Notes under the pieces: model-generated
The model's input: the letters and a program-made list of their open reading frames with translations, nothing else
Databases searched by the model: none
Told to the model about the DNA's origin: nothing
Program-made: the position numbers and the translations under genes
Source: Acidobacteriota bacterium
Lineage (GTDB): Bacteria; Acidobacteriota; Vicinamibacteria; Vicinamibacterales; 2-12-FULL-66-21
DNA: 47,965 nucleotides
Reading direction: 5' to 3'
Assembly (NCBI GenBank): GCA_031404215.1
Contig: JANNHC010000361.1
Coordinates: 1 to 47,965 of the forward strand
In this document: positions 1 to 7,982 of the stretch, piece by piece
How positions within the stretch are numbered: the stretch's first letter is position 1
Layout: every line of letters begins with the position of its first letter

Positions 1-2
1 GC

Positions 3-206
3 CTCGAGAGTCTCGAAGAAGACCTGCGACATCCGGAACGGGTGGTGCGCGACCGACAGGCCGACATGGACACGTTCGATCGGCGGTTTCCTGGAACGAT
101 GCTGAAGCGCCAGCGAACGCTACGGCACCAGTTGGGACGGCCCCGCAGGTGGGTCACGCGAATGGTGCGACGCGCGCTCGGCCGGACCGTCCCCGATCCA
201 TCCTGA
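3..206 (+). CDS. 3-prime end of an unidentified CDS entering from upstream (67 codons, function unknown)
   Basis: Frame 3 is open from the window edge to TGA at 204-206 (LESLEEDLRHPERVVRDRQADMDTF...TVPDPS*). Third codon positions are mostly G/C. Too short for the ORF track and no family recognised. Confidence 0.3.
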   Translation, partial: LESLEEDLRHPERVVRDRQADMDTFDRRFPGTMLKRQRTLRHQLGRPRRWVTRMVRRALGRTVPDPS

Positions 207-408
207 GACGAAGGAAACATTAGCGGGGGAAGTAAGCATAACGCCCGGTCCCAGACCCGCCCCCCGCCACGGCCCGCCGCCCTGCCACGGCAATCAACCC
301 ACAAGGGGGCTTCTATCGCGATCTCGCGGGCCGAGACCACGGCTTTCTGCTTCATCGATGAGAAGCGCCACGGTTCGGTTGATTCACCGCAAGGCACCCA
401 GGCAGTCC

Positions 409-1920
409 CTACGCGGCGCCGTGACGGCGGAGCGCCTCCTGCATTGCCGGATTGCCAAGCGCCATCGCCACCAGTGTGCTGCCGGCGCCATTCCCAACCG
501 CTCTGATGTCGGCGCCGGCTGCCACGAGCCGGTCCGCGACGGCCGGGTAGTCTGCGCCTGGCGCCCGGCGATGCACGGACCCGAACGCCGTCCATCCGAG
601 CGGCGTGCTCTGATGGGTCGGATCCCTGGCGTCGAGCCGCACGCCGCCCCGCGCGAGCAGGCGTTCAACCAACCGCACGCTGCCCACCCAGCAGGCGGCA
701 TGCAGCGCTGTTCCCCCGTCGACGCCGGGTGCGGCCGGGTCGAACCCGAGACTGAGCATGAGATCGGCCGCGTCGAAGCGCTCGTGAAAGATCGCGTGTG
801 CCAGCTGCGCATGATCCTGGCGTGTAAGAGAAGGAAGCAGCGACGGATCCTCCGCGAGGACAGCGTTCGCCGCGCGCTCGTCCGCGGCCAGGAGCGCGTT
901 GATGAATCGGATCGGTGCAGGGCTCCGAGCAACGAGCAGATCGTGGACGTCTCGATGATCGAACTTCAGCGCGACCTCGTGGGGAGATGTGCCGAACCCG
1001 ATCGACCAACAATAGATGTTGAACGGTGGAACCAGCGGGTATCCGGGTTCGTTGATGCGCGCGGCGGCGCAGGCCGGATTGGTGTCCATCAGGCGTGTCG
1101 CGAGGGTAATGTCCCCAAGCCGGGCTGCCATGAAGATGTCTGGGGTCGCGCCGCGCTCCAGTAGACGCCGGCAGACGTCCGGGCGATCGACGAGCGCGTA
1201 CTGCGCCGGCGTGGACTTGTGATCGATACAGCGGACATCTATGCCGGCGCCGCGGTCCAGCAGGAAGTCGGCAATCCCGATGGTCCTCGCCTCGTGGAGC
1301 GGCTGCTGGCCGTCTCCTCCCCGCGCGTGAACGAGGGCGGCATCGCCGTTCACGAGCGCCCGTAGTTCGTCGAGCCAACCAAGGCGCGCCGCCACGTTCG
1401 CCGTGAGTGTCGCGCCGTGCTTCAGAAGGAATCGTGCCGTGTCCTCGCTGGCGTTGTCGAGCACGGTGTAGGGACCGTTCTCCCAATCGCTTTTCATGTT
1501 CACATCGGCGCCGGCAGCGATAAGGATCCTCGACATCGTTGTGTTGTTCGCGGCGATGTGCGCAGCCCGCTGACCAAAGGCGAACATCGGATCGTTGATC
1601 CGTTTCCGGACGTGTGTTGACGCGAGGAGTTGCTGCGTGCCGGCCGTGTCGCCGCCACGCACGGCATCGCAGAACGCCTTGACGTCGCGGCCCTGGAGGT
1701 CGACCACGAGCTTCGGCCACGATTCGAAACCTCTCTCGCGGGCCAGGGCAAGCTGCGCGTCGGCAAGCTTGAGCGATCGCGGCGCGGCGGCGGCGGGGCG
1801 AACCGCTCGGATGCGCGCGAGCGCCGCCGGGTCGGCGTCACGCGCGGCACGGATCAGATCCTTGGCGAGCTTGCGTTGCTGTTCGAGGTTGGCGGGCCGG
1901 GACGATTTCGGCGTGGACAC
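409..1920 (-). CDS. ankyrin-repeat protein
   Basis: 503-aa ORF. GTG start at 1920-1918 is preceded by GGAGG. Several ANK-like repeats are visible (HIAANNTTMSRILIAAGADVN, GATPDIFMAARLGD, GGTALHAACWVGSVRLVERLLARG). The other ORFs overlapping this span are Arg/Pro-rich off-frame artefacts. Confidence 0.85.
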   Translation of the reverse strand: MSTPKSSRPANLEQQRKLAKDLIRAARDADPAALARIRAVRPAAAAPRSLKLADAQLALARERGFESWPKLVVDLQGRDVKAFCDAVRGGDTAGTQQLLASTHVRKRINDPMFAFGQRAAHIAANNTTMSRILIAAGADVNMKSDWENGPYTVLDNASEDTARFLLKHGATLTANVAARLGWLDELRALVNGDAALVHARGGDGQQPLHEARTIGIADFLLDRGAGIDVRCIDHKSTPAQYALVDRPDVCRRLLERGATPDIFMAARLGDITLATRLMDTNPACAAARINEPGYPLVPPFNIYCWSIGFGTSPHEVALKFDHRDVHDLLVARSPAPIRFINALLAADERAANAVLAEDPSLLPSLTRQDHAQLAHAIFHERFDAADLMLSLGFDPAAPGVDGGTALHAACWVGSVRLVERLLARGGVRLDARDPTHQSTPLGWTAFGSVHRRAPGADYPAVADRLVAAGADIRAVGNGAGSTLVAMALGNPAMQEALRRHGAA

Positions 1921-2206
1921 GGACGACCTCCTTCAATAGGCGCCCACGTCCGCCTCATGGGCTGAAGAAAGGTCGGTGTGACTACCGCAAGAAGACTGTG
2001 ACAGGTGGGCGCCGCCCTTCCCGCGGACTGGAGGCGTCCTGCAAACGCCGAGCGGAAGAATAGCCCAGCCGCGCGGCGCGTGCAATTGGGGCCAGCAGTC
2101 GCTGGTCCGTGCGAATGCGGCCAAGCGGCGTGACGGACGCACACACTCTTCCGGTATCATCTCGCGAGACCGAGCGTCGTTGCGGCCCACATGAGCCGGA
2201 GGTGAG

Positions 2207-3142
2207 ATGGCGAAACCGTCAGTTGCAATCCCGACCCGCCCTTTCGGGCGAGCCTCAATCCCTGTCTCGATCTTGGCCCTCGGCGGCTGGCATCTCGGCC
2301 TGCCAAAGACAGAGCGTGAGTCGACGCGGCTGGTCCATGCCGCGATCGACGGCGGAATCACGTTCATGGACAACGCCTGGGACTACAACGAAGGCGTGAG
2401 CGAGACGCGCATGGGCAAGGCGCTGGTCGGACGGCGCGACAACGTTTTCCTGATGACGAAGGCCTGCCCCCACGGCCGCGATGCGCGCACGGCCATGCGG
2501 CAGCTGGAGGACTCACTGCGCCGGCTGAAAACGGATTACCTCGATCTCTGGCAAATCCACGAGGTGATCTTCGACGACGAGCCGGCGAAGTATTTCGCGC
2601 GCGGGGGCGCCGTGGAAGCGCTCGATCGGGCCCGGCAGCAGGGCAAAGTGCGTTTCGTCGGGTTCACCGGGCACAAGGATCCGGAGCTGCACCTGCAGAT
2701 GCTGGCGCACGACTACCCGTGGGACGCCTGCCAGCTGCCGCTCAACTGCTTCGACGCGTCGTTTCGCAGCTTCGAGCGCCGCGTGCTGCCGGAATTGAAC
2801 CGGCGCGGCATCGCGGCCATCGGCATGAAGAGTCTGGGCGGCGACGCCCGATCGGTCACGGCGCGGGCGGTCACGCCGCAGGAAGCGATCCGCTACACGC
2901 TGAGCCTGCCGATCGCGACGCTGGTCAGCGGCATCGATACCATGCGGGTGCTTCGCCAGAACCTCGCGATCGCGCGGGGCTTCCGTCCGATGACGGCCCG
3001 CCGCCGCCAGACGCTGCTGAAGCGTATCGCGCCCACAGCACGGGACGGTCGTTTCGAGCTGTACAAGATCTCCGCTGCCTTCGACGGCAACGAGTCGCGC
3101 CGGCAGCACGGGCTGCCGCTGATGGACGAGTTGACCGCGTAG
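2207..3142 (+). CDS. aldo/keto reductase family oxidoreductase
   Basis: 311-aa ORF. ATG 2207 is preceded by GGAGGTGAG. AKR-type motifs are present (GITFMDNAWDYNEG, YLDLWQIHEV, VRFVGFTGH). Confidence 0.9.
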   Translation: MAKPSVAIPTRPFGRASIPVSILALGGWHLGLPKTERESTRLVHAAIDGGITFMDNAWDYNEGVSETRMGKALVGRRDNVFLMTKACPHGRDARTAMRQLEDSLRRLKTDYLDLWQIHEVIFDDEPAKYFARGGAVEALDRARQQGKVRFVGFTGHKDPELHLQMLAHDYPWDACQLPLNCFDASFRSFERRVLPELNRRGIAAIGMKSLGGDARSVTARAVTPQEAIRYTLSLPIATLVSGIDTMRVLRQNLAIARGFRPMTARRRQTLLKRIAPTARDGRFELYKISAAFDGNESRRQHGLPLMDELTA

Positions 3143-3154
3143 CCGCCCGGCCAG

Positions 3155-3201
3155 CCGCCTGACCGATCTCGGGCGACGACGCGATCTGCTGCGTCAGGCG
3201 G
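3155..3201. terminator. possible bidirectional hairpin between convergent genes
   Basis: CCGCCTGAC (3155-3163) pairs perfectly with GTCAGGCGG (3193-3201). It lies between the stop of the AKR gene (3142) and the stop of the minus-strand gene (3307). The loop is long (29 nt) and there is no U-tract, so support is weak. Confidence 0.25.
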
Positions 3202-3306
3202 TTGGAGACGGCTCGACCCCCAGATGCGTTGCTCGGTAAGTATTTCGGCGAGGACCACCACACATATTTCGTCGCGGAGAGTCTGGCACCCCTTCGCGCC
3301 GCGCTC

Positions 3307-4446
3307 TCATCGCACGGTGAACCGCCGCTCGTCCAGCAGGTTGCCGCCCGCGCTCCTGATCTCCACTCGCCAGTCACCGTCGTGCACGGTTTGCCGGCTA
3401 TAGGTCCGATAGCCCTCGCTCGCGCTCGCCCTGGTCCTGAGCGTCACGGATTGCCGCAGCGTGCCGCCGCGATACCAGCGATGCACCACAGCCGCGTCGC
3501 GCGGGGACCTGACACGCGTGTAGAAGACGAGCGGTCCCGGCGCCACGGAGTCACCAACGGGATCGCAGCGCCATCTGCTGCCACCCGTCGAGAAGGTACG
3601 GCATAGCTGCGCGGTGGCCAGAGTGATGGCACCGGCCGCGGACGGCTTGTCAGTAGTGACGTTTGGATCGTCGCCACGAGGTGCGGCCTTCGGCGGTCCT
3701 GGCTGCTCGCTCGGGGCGGGCCTGGCGGGCGGTGCGGCAATTGGCGGTGGCGCAGCCTCGGCGGGTTGCGCTGCCCAAGGCTCAGGCGTCGGCGGCGCTG
3801 GTGTCGACACGTCGCGAGCCGGCCACGGTCGCCATAGAAGGAGCACGACAACTACGAGAACGACAATTCCGATGGCCACCCATGCGAGCGAGGGAGCTCG
3901 CCCTGGAGTTGGAGCAGTCAACGGCTGAGAAGCAATCGTCGCTGGCGGGCCAGGATCGGACCGCGGCGCAGCGGGTGGTGGAGGCGCCGACTTCGCGGTA
4001 ACGCTGGCATTGGGAGGCCGGACAGCAGCAGGCGTCCTGTCCGCCTCTGACGGATGTGTATCCGCGACGGCGTTCATGTCCCGCTCGGCGTCCGGCGCTG
4101 GCGCGATGCCGGCGGGCGCATCGACCGGCAGCCCACGCGCACGGCAGAAGTCTTCAAGGTTCTGCCGGCTTGCCGCGACCATCGGATCGTCGGGAGGAAG
4201 CGACGCCGCCGCGATGGCGGCCGCCCGCCGATAGAGCGTCTCGGCGTCGCTCAGGCGCCCTGTTGTTTCGGCGACGATGGCGAGGTTGTTCAGCGTGTTG
4301 GCCAGATCCGGATGGAGGGGGCCCAGTTCTTCTTCCTGAATGCGTGCGGCGCCTCTCAGCAACTCATCAGCGGACGCCAGGTCGCCAGCCGTCGCGGCGC
4401 GTTCCGCCCGATCGAGCAAGTCACGAACGTCCTGATGTTCAGACAT
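3307..4446 (-). CDS. single-pass membrane protein: N-terminal TPR region, Pro-rich linkers, C-terminal DUF2914-like domain
   Basis: TPR-like N-terminus (LANTLNNLAIVAETTGRLSDAETLYRRAAAI). One hydrophobic helix (VAIGIVVLVVVVLLLW) is flanked by Pro/Ala-rich tracts. The C-terminal region (VFYTRVRSPRDAAVVHRWY...DGDWRVEIR) resembles DUF2914. The ORF track extends to 4512; I prefer the ATG at 4446-4444 (MSEHQDV...). Confidence 0.75.
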   Translation of the reverse strand: MSEHQDVRDLLDRAERAATAGDLASADELLRGAARIQEEELGPLHPDLANTLNNLAIVAETTGRLSDAETLYRRAAAIAAASLPPDDPMVAASRQNLEDFCRARGLPVDAPAGIAPAPDAERDMNAVADTHPSEADRTPAAVRPPNASVTAKSAPPPPAAPRSDPGPPATIASQPLTAPTPGRAPSLAWVAIGIVVLVVVVLLLWRPWPARDVSTPAPPTPEPWAAQPAEAAPPPIAAPPARPAPSEQPGPPKAAPRGDDPNVTTDKPSAAGAITLATAQLCRTFSTGGSRWRCDPVGDSVAPGPLVFYTRVRSPRDAAVVHRWYRGGTLRQSVTLRTRASASEGYRTYSRQTVHDGDWRVEIRSAGGNLLDERRFTVR

Positions 4447-4690
4447 GCATCTCCGGCTCCTCCTTGCAGTCCGTTGCCGAGGAACGTCGATTGTACAAGG
4501 TCCGGGTGCCACCGGATTGCGTACCAGTAGCCGTAATCCACCCGACAGTTCGTTCGGAGTGCCCGTCCGCTTACTTGACGGGATACCCCGCGCTCGCCTT
4601 CACTTCCTCGATCTGCGCGGTGTGACGCGCCGAGTGACCCGACAGCAGCAGCACCCACCCCAAGCGTCGGGTGTCTAAGTTACTACATAA

Positions 4691-4730
4691 TTTGTATCAC
4701 TCTTGACACAAATTCAAATTACTGGCAGCA
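4691..4730 (+). promoter_or_regulatory. candidate operator palindrome plus sigma70-like -35/-10 in an AT-rich island upstream of the polysaccharide operon
   Basis: TTGTATCA-ctct-TGACACAA (4691-4710) is an imperfect palindrome with 7 of 8 half-site matches. TTGACA lies at 4702-4707, followed by a 17-nt spacer and a weak -10 CAGCAT at 4725-4730. The surrounding ~80 nt are conspicuously AT-rich compared with the rest of the window. Confidence 0.3.
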
Positions 4731-4837
4731 TGTAGGGGTTTCACGCGCTTTTCAGGGATCCAGTTCAGCGGCTGAGACGCCGCCGCCCTGGAGCCGTGTG
4801 TGACTGAGAGGGCGAAGCTCCCCCCGTTCTTATTTCC

Positions 4838-5833
4838 ATGCACCACCACGCCGCTACCGGGCCTGTCACGGACCTGCAGTTGCCTGCTGAACTGATCGGC
4901 ACGGCTCCGTCAGTACGGCATGCTGCGGACGTGGCGCGACGCGCCGTGGGGTCTCACGACACGATCCTGATCGTTGCGGAACCCGGTTTCAGCCCGGAAC
5001 GGGTGGCGCGAGTGATCCACGAGGCCGGTCCGCGTGCGCGTCAGCCTTTTGTCAGCGTGGACTGTACGGATAGCCACGCCGCAGCCGCGGAGCTTTTTGG
5101 TGGCGGGAAGGCATCCCGATCGGAGTACGAGACGGTCAGTGCGGAGAGCGCGCTTGCCAGGGTGGGCGCCGGCACGATCCTCCTGGCGGGTGTGGGAGAG
5201 ATGCCGGTCGCCGCACAGGTGCGGCTGTCGCGGTTATTGCGCGACGGGGAGATGCGCCTAAGGAAGACGACCGCACCCGTCAGGTTCCGGCTGATGGCGA
5301 CCGCGACGCCTGGCCTCGAATTCGACGTGCACAACCATCGGTTCCGGCCGGAGCTGTACCAACGTCTCCAGCGGCTGCGGATCGACGTCCCTCCGTTGCG
5401 CGATCGTTCCGGAGATCTTCCAGCGTTGATCGACGCCGTGTTGACCGAGATCGGCGCCGGTCGCGCCGCCCCCTGCGGCCTCGCGCCCGCGGCCCGGACC
5501 GCGCTGGCGGCCCTTCGGTGGACGGGGAACCTCGTTGAGCTTCGGGAGGCTCTTTTTCGGCTGTCCAAACGATGCGAGGGGGGCCTGATCCGCCAGGAAG
5601 ACGTGCTGGCCGACCTGCAGCAGCCGCAAGCGCGCCCGCGTCTGGCACACGCGTCTCTCGCCAGCCTTCGTGAGGCACGTCAGGCATTCGAACGCGACTA
5701 CATCGCGACGGTCCTCGAGGCGTACGGCTGGCGTATGACCGACGCCGCACGCGTCCTGGGCATCGAACGCGCCAACCTGTATCGCAAAACGCGGCAACTC
5801 GGCATCACGCGCCTGAAGTCCCGGGCATCATGA
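4838..5833 (+). CDS. sigma54-activator (bEBP)-like transcriptional regulator with degenerate AAA+ domain and Fis-type HTH; no receiver or sensor domain
   Basis: Collinear with the NtrC/PspF central domain (LIGTAPSVR..., ELFG, VPPLRDRSGDLP, WTGNLVEL) and with a C-terminal HTH_8 (DAARVLGIERANLYRKTRQLGI). Walker A is AEPGFSPE instead of GESGTGKE. Walker B is LLAGVGE instead of LFLDEIGE. GAFTGA is replaced by ASRSEY. Confidence 0.8.
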   Translation: MHHHAATGPVTDLQLPAELIGTAPSVRHAADVARRAVGSHDTILIVAEPGFSPERVARVIHEAGPRARQPFVSVDCTDSHAAAAELFGGGKASRSEYETVSAESALARVGAGTILLAGVGEMPVAAQVRLSRLLRDGEMRLRKTTAPVRFRLMATATPGLEFDVHNHRFRPELYQRLQRLRIDVPPLRDRSGDLPALIDAVLTEIGAGRAAPCGLAPAARTALAALRWTGNLVELREALFRLSKRCEGGLIRQEDVLADLQQPQARPRLAHASLASLREARQAFERDYIATVLEAYGWRMTDAARVLGIERANLYRKTRQLGITRLKSRAS

Positions 5834-7047
5834 CCCCTTCCGCAACTCGCACGACGTTCGTCCTGTTTCTGATCGCCGCCAGTGGCATGCTGGCCGCCCG
5901 CGCGGACGCACAGACACAGTCGCCCGAGCCCATCGAATCGATGCCCGTGCATATCGGGCCACTCGGCCTGCGGCCGTCGGTGTCGATTAACAACATCGGG
6001 ACCGACTCCAATGTGTTCAACGATCCAAACAATCCCCAGGAAGACTTCACCGCCACGGTGGTCCCGCGTCTCGTCGCACGACTTCGCGGCGGCCGGCTGC
6101 TGCTGTCGTACGGCAGCGCCACCGACATGGTGTATTTCAGGAAGTTCAAGAATGAACGGTCGATCAATTCGACAACGGAGGTCAGGCTCGACGCGGACCT
6201 CGGCCGGCTTCGGCCCTACGCCTCGGCCGGATGGCTCGCGACGAAAGATCGGATGAACGCGGAGATCGATGTCCGCGCCCCGCGCACCCAGCGCACGTTG
6301 ATGTCTGGCGCGCGGATGATGGTCAGCTCGCGCACGGCCATTGTCGCCAGCGTGCGCCGCTTCGATCTGGACTTTGACGCCGGCGCGCGGTTCCGTGGGG
6401 TGGACCTTTCACGCACCTTGAACTCGCGCACCGATAGTGTCGAGGCCGGCGTGCAGATATTCCTCACGCCACTCACGACCTTTACCACCAGCGCCTCGTT
6501 GCAGCGCGATCGTTTCGATGCCGCACAGGAGCGCGATGCCGACACGCTGCGGGTGCTGCCGGCGCTGCAGTTCGATCCCACGTCTCTCATCCGCGGCAGC
6601 ATCGCGGTCGGATACCGCCGTTTCCGGCCGCTCAGCTCGGACATCCCGGACTACAGCGGCGTCACGGTCCAGGCGGGCCTCGGCTACACACTGGTGGATC
6701 GCACGAAGTTCGAGCTCGATCTCGCGCGTGACGTCCAGTATTCCTTCGAAGATCTGGAGCCCTACTACCTGTCGACCGGCGGGCGCCTGACGGTGACCCA
6801 CCAGCTCGTGGGCCGCCTGGACGTCCAGGCGCTCGGCGGGCGGCAGACGATGGTGTACCGGCATCGCCTGCTCGAGGGCGATGTCCGTCGTGACAGGGCG
6901 GAGACCGTGGGCGGAGGGGCAGGCTTCAAGTTGCGGGAAAACATGCGCCTGGGCGTCACGTTCGAGGTGAATCGCCGGCTGAGCGTGCTCGACGAACGTC
7001 GATATGTGAGACGGCGCGTGTATGCGTCACTGACGTACGGGTCCTGA
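5830..7047 (+). CDS. outer-membrane beta-barrel protein associated with polysaccharide export (BBP2/Wzp-like)
   Basis: 405 aa. Signal peptide MTPSATRTTFVLFLIAASGMLAARADAQ. Alternating hydrophobic beta-strand pattern throughout, with an aromatic-rich C-terminal strand (RVYASLTYGS). ATGA overlap with the regulator gene and a 3-nt gap to the OPX gene. Confidence 0.7.
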   Translation: MTPSATRTTFVLFLIAASGMLAARADAQTQSPEPIESMPVHIGPLGLRPSVSINNIGTDSNVFNDPNNPQEDFTATVVPRLVARLRGGRLLLSYGSATDMVYFRKFKNERSINSTTEVRLDADLGRLRPYASAGWLATKDRMNAEIDVRAPRTQRTLMSGARMMVSSRTAIVASVRRFDLDFDAGARFRGVDLSRTLNSRTDSVEAGVQIFLTPLTTFTTSASLQRDRFDAAQERDADTLRVLPALQFDPTSLIRGSIAVGYRRFRPLSSDIPDYSGVTVQAGLGYTLVDRTKFELDLARDVQYSFEDLEPYYLSTGGRLTVTHQLVGRLDVQALGGRQTMVYRHRLLEGDVRRDRAETVGGGAGFKLRENMRLGVTFEVNRRLSVLDERRYVRRRVYASLTYGS

Positions 7048-7050
7048 ACC

Positions 7051-7860
7051 ATGATGATCCTTTTTTCTCTCCTGTTGTTCGCCCAGTCCGCCAATCCCGC
7101 GCTGACGGCCGAGTACATCGTCGGTCCGCAGGATCGCCTGGCTGTCACGGTGTTCGAGGAGCCGACACTCACGAAGACCGTAACCGTGGACAGCGACGGG
7201 GCCTTCGATTTCCCGCTGATCGGCCGGGTGCCCGCCGGGGGCTTGTCCCTGCGGCAGATCGTCGCCGACCTCAAGAAGCGCCTGGGCCCGCCGAACGGGT
7301 TCCTCGTGAATCCGCAGGTGAACATCGAAGTCGAGACCTACCGCAGCCAGGTCGTCTATGTGAACGGGCAGGTGCGCATCCCCGGGGCCGTGCCGCTCAA
7401 GGGCGCCGTGACGATCATGGACGTCCTCGCCCAGGCGGGTTCACCGACGGCCGAAGCCGGTTCGTACGTCGAGGTGTACCGCAAGCCGGCGGGGCAGGGC
7501 GCTCAAGGTCCGGTCGATCCCGCGAAAGCGCCGCCGCCGCCGCAGCGGGTCACGATGGAGGATCTGCGGAACGGCAGGGCCCAACAGATTCTGTTGCGCG
7601 ACGGCGACACGGTCAACGTCCCCAAGGCGCAGACGTTCATCGTGAATGGGTTCGTCCGCACCCCGAACACGTACGTGCTCGACGGCGACGTCACGGTGCA
7701 GCGGGCGCTTGCGATGGCCGGCGGCGTCACGGAGCGCGGCGCGCAGAATCGCACGAAGATCCTGCGCATCGTCAACGCGAAGCTCGTCGAAATCAGAGCG
7801 AGGATGAGCGATCTCGTGCAGCCGAACGACACGCTCGTCGTACCGCAGCGATTCTTCTAG
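7051..7860 (+). CDS. polysaccharide export protein (OPX, Poly_export + SLBB), short form without Wza-type C-terminal helix
   Basis: 269 aa. The signal peptide has no lipobox Cys. Poly_export motif region (EYIVGPQDRLAVTVFEEPTL...DSDGAFDFPLIGRVPAGGLSLRQI). SLBB-like repeats (VYVNGQVRIPG, FIVNGFVRTPNTYVL). The protein ends directly after the last SLBB (NDTLVVPQRFF). Confidence 0.9.
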   Translation: MMILFSLLLFAQSANPALTAEYIVGPQDRLAVTVFEEPTLTKTVTVDSDGAFDFPLIGRVPAGGLSLRQIVADLKKRLGPPNGFLVNPQVNIEVETYRSQVVYVNGQVRIPGAVPLKGAVTIMDVLAQAGSPTAEAGSYVEVYRKPAGQGAQGPVDPAKAPPPPQRVTMEDLRNGRAQQILLRDGDTVNVPKAQTFIVNGFVRTPNTYVLDGDVTVQRALAMAGGVTERGAQNRTKILRIVNAKLVEIRARMSDLVQPNDTLVVPQRFF

Positions 7861-7982
7861 CCGAGTGGAGTGTTTCCGCTGAATTGGTACTACCAGCAAC
7901 GAGCCACGACCAGGGTGTGGCTGGCCGCGACAACGGAGCGGCCAGCCCTGGTTCAGGACGTACGTGCTACTCGAGACAGACC

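Noticed and set aside
358-1164. 268-aa plus-strand ORF and several other ORFs overlapping the ankyrin gene
   Set aside because: Arg/Ala/Pro-rich translations. Only the 409-1920 minus frame shows repeat structure (ANK) and a GGAGG-preceded start.
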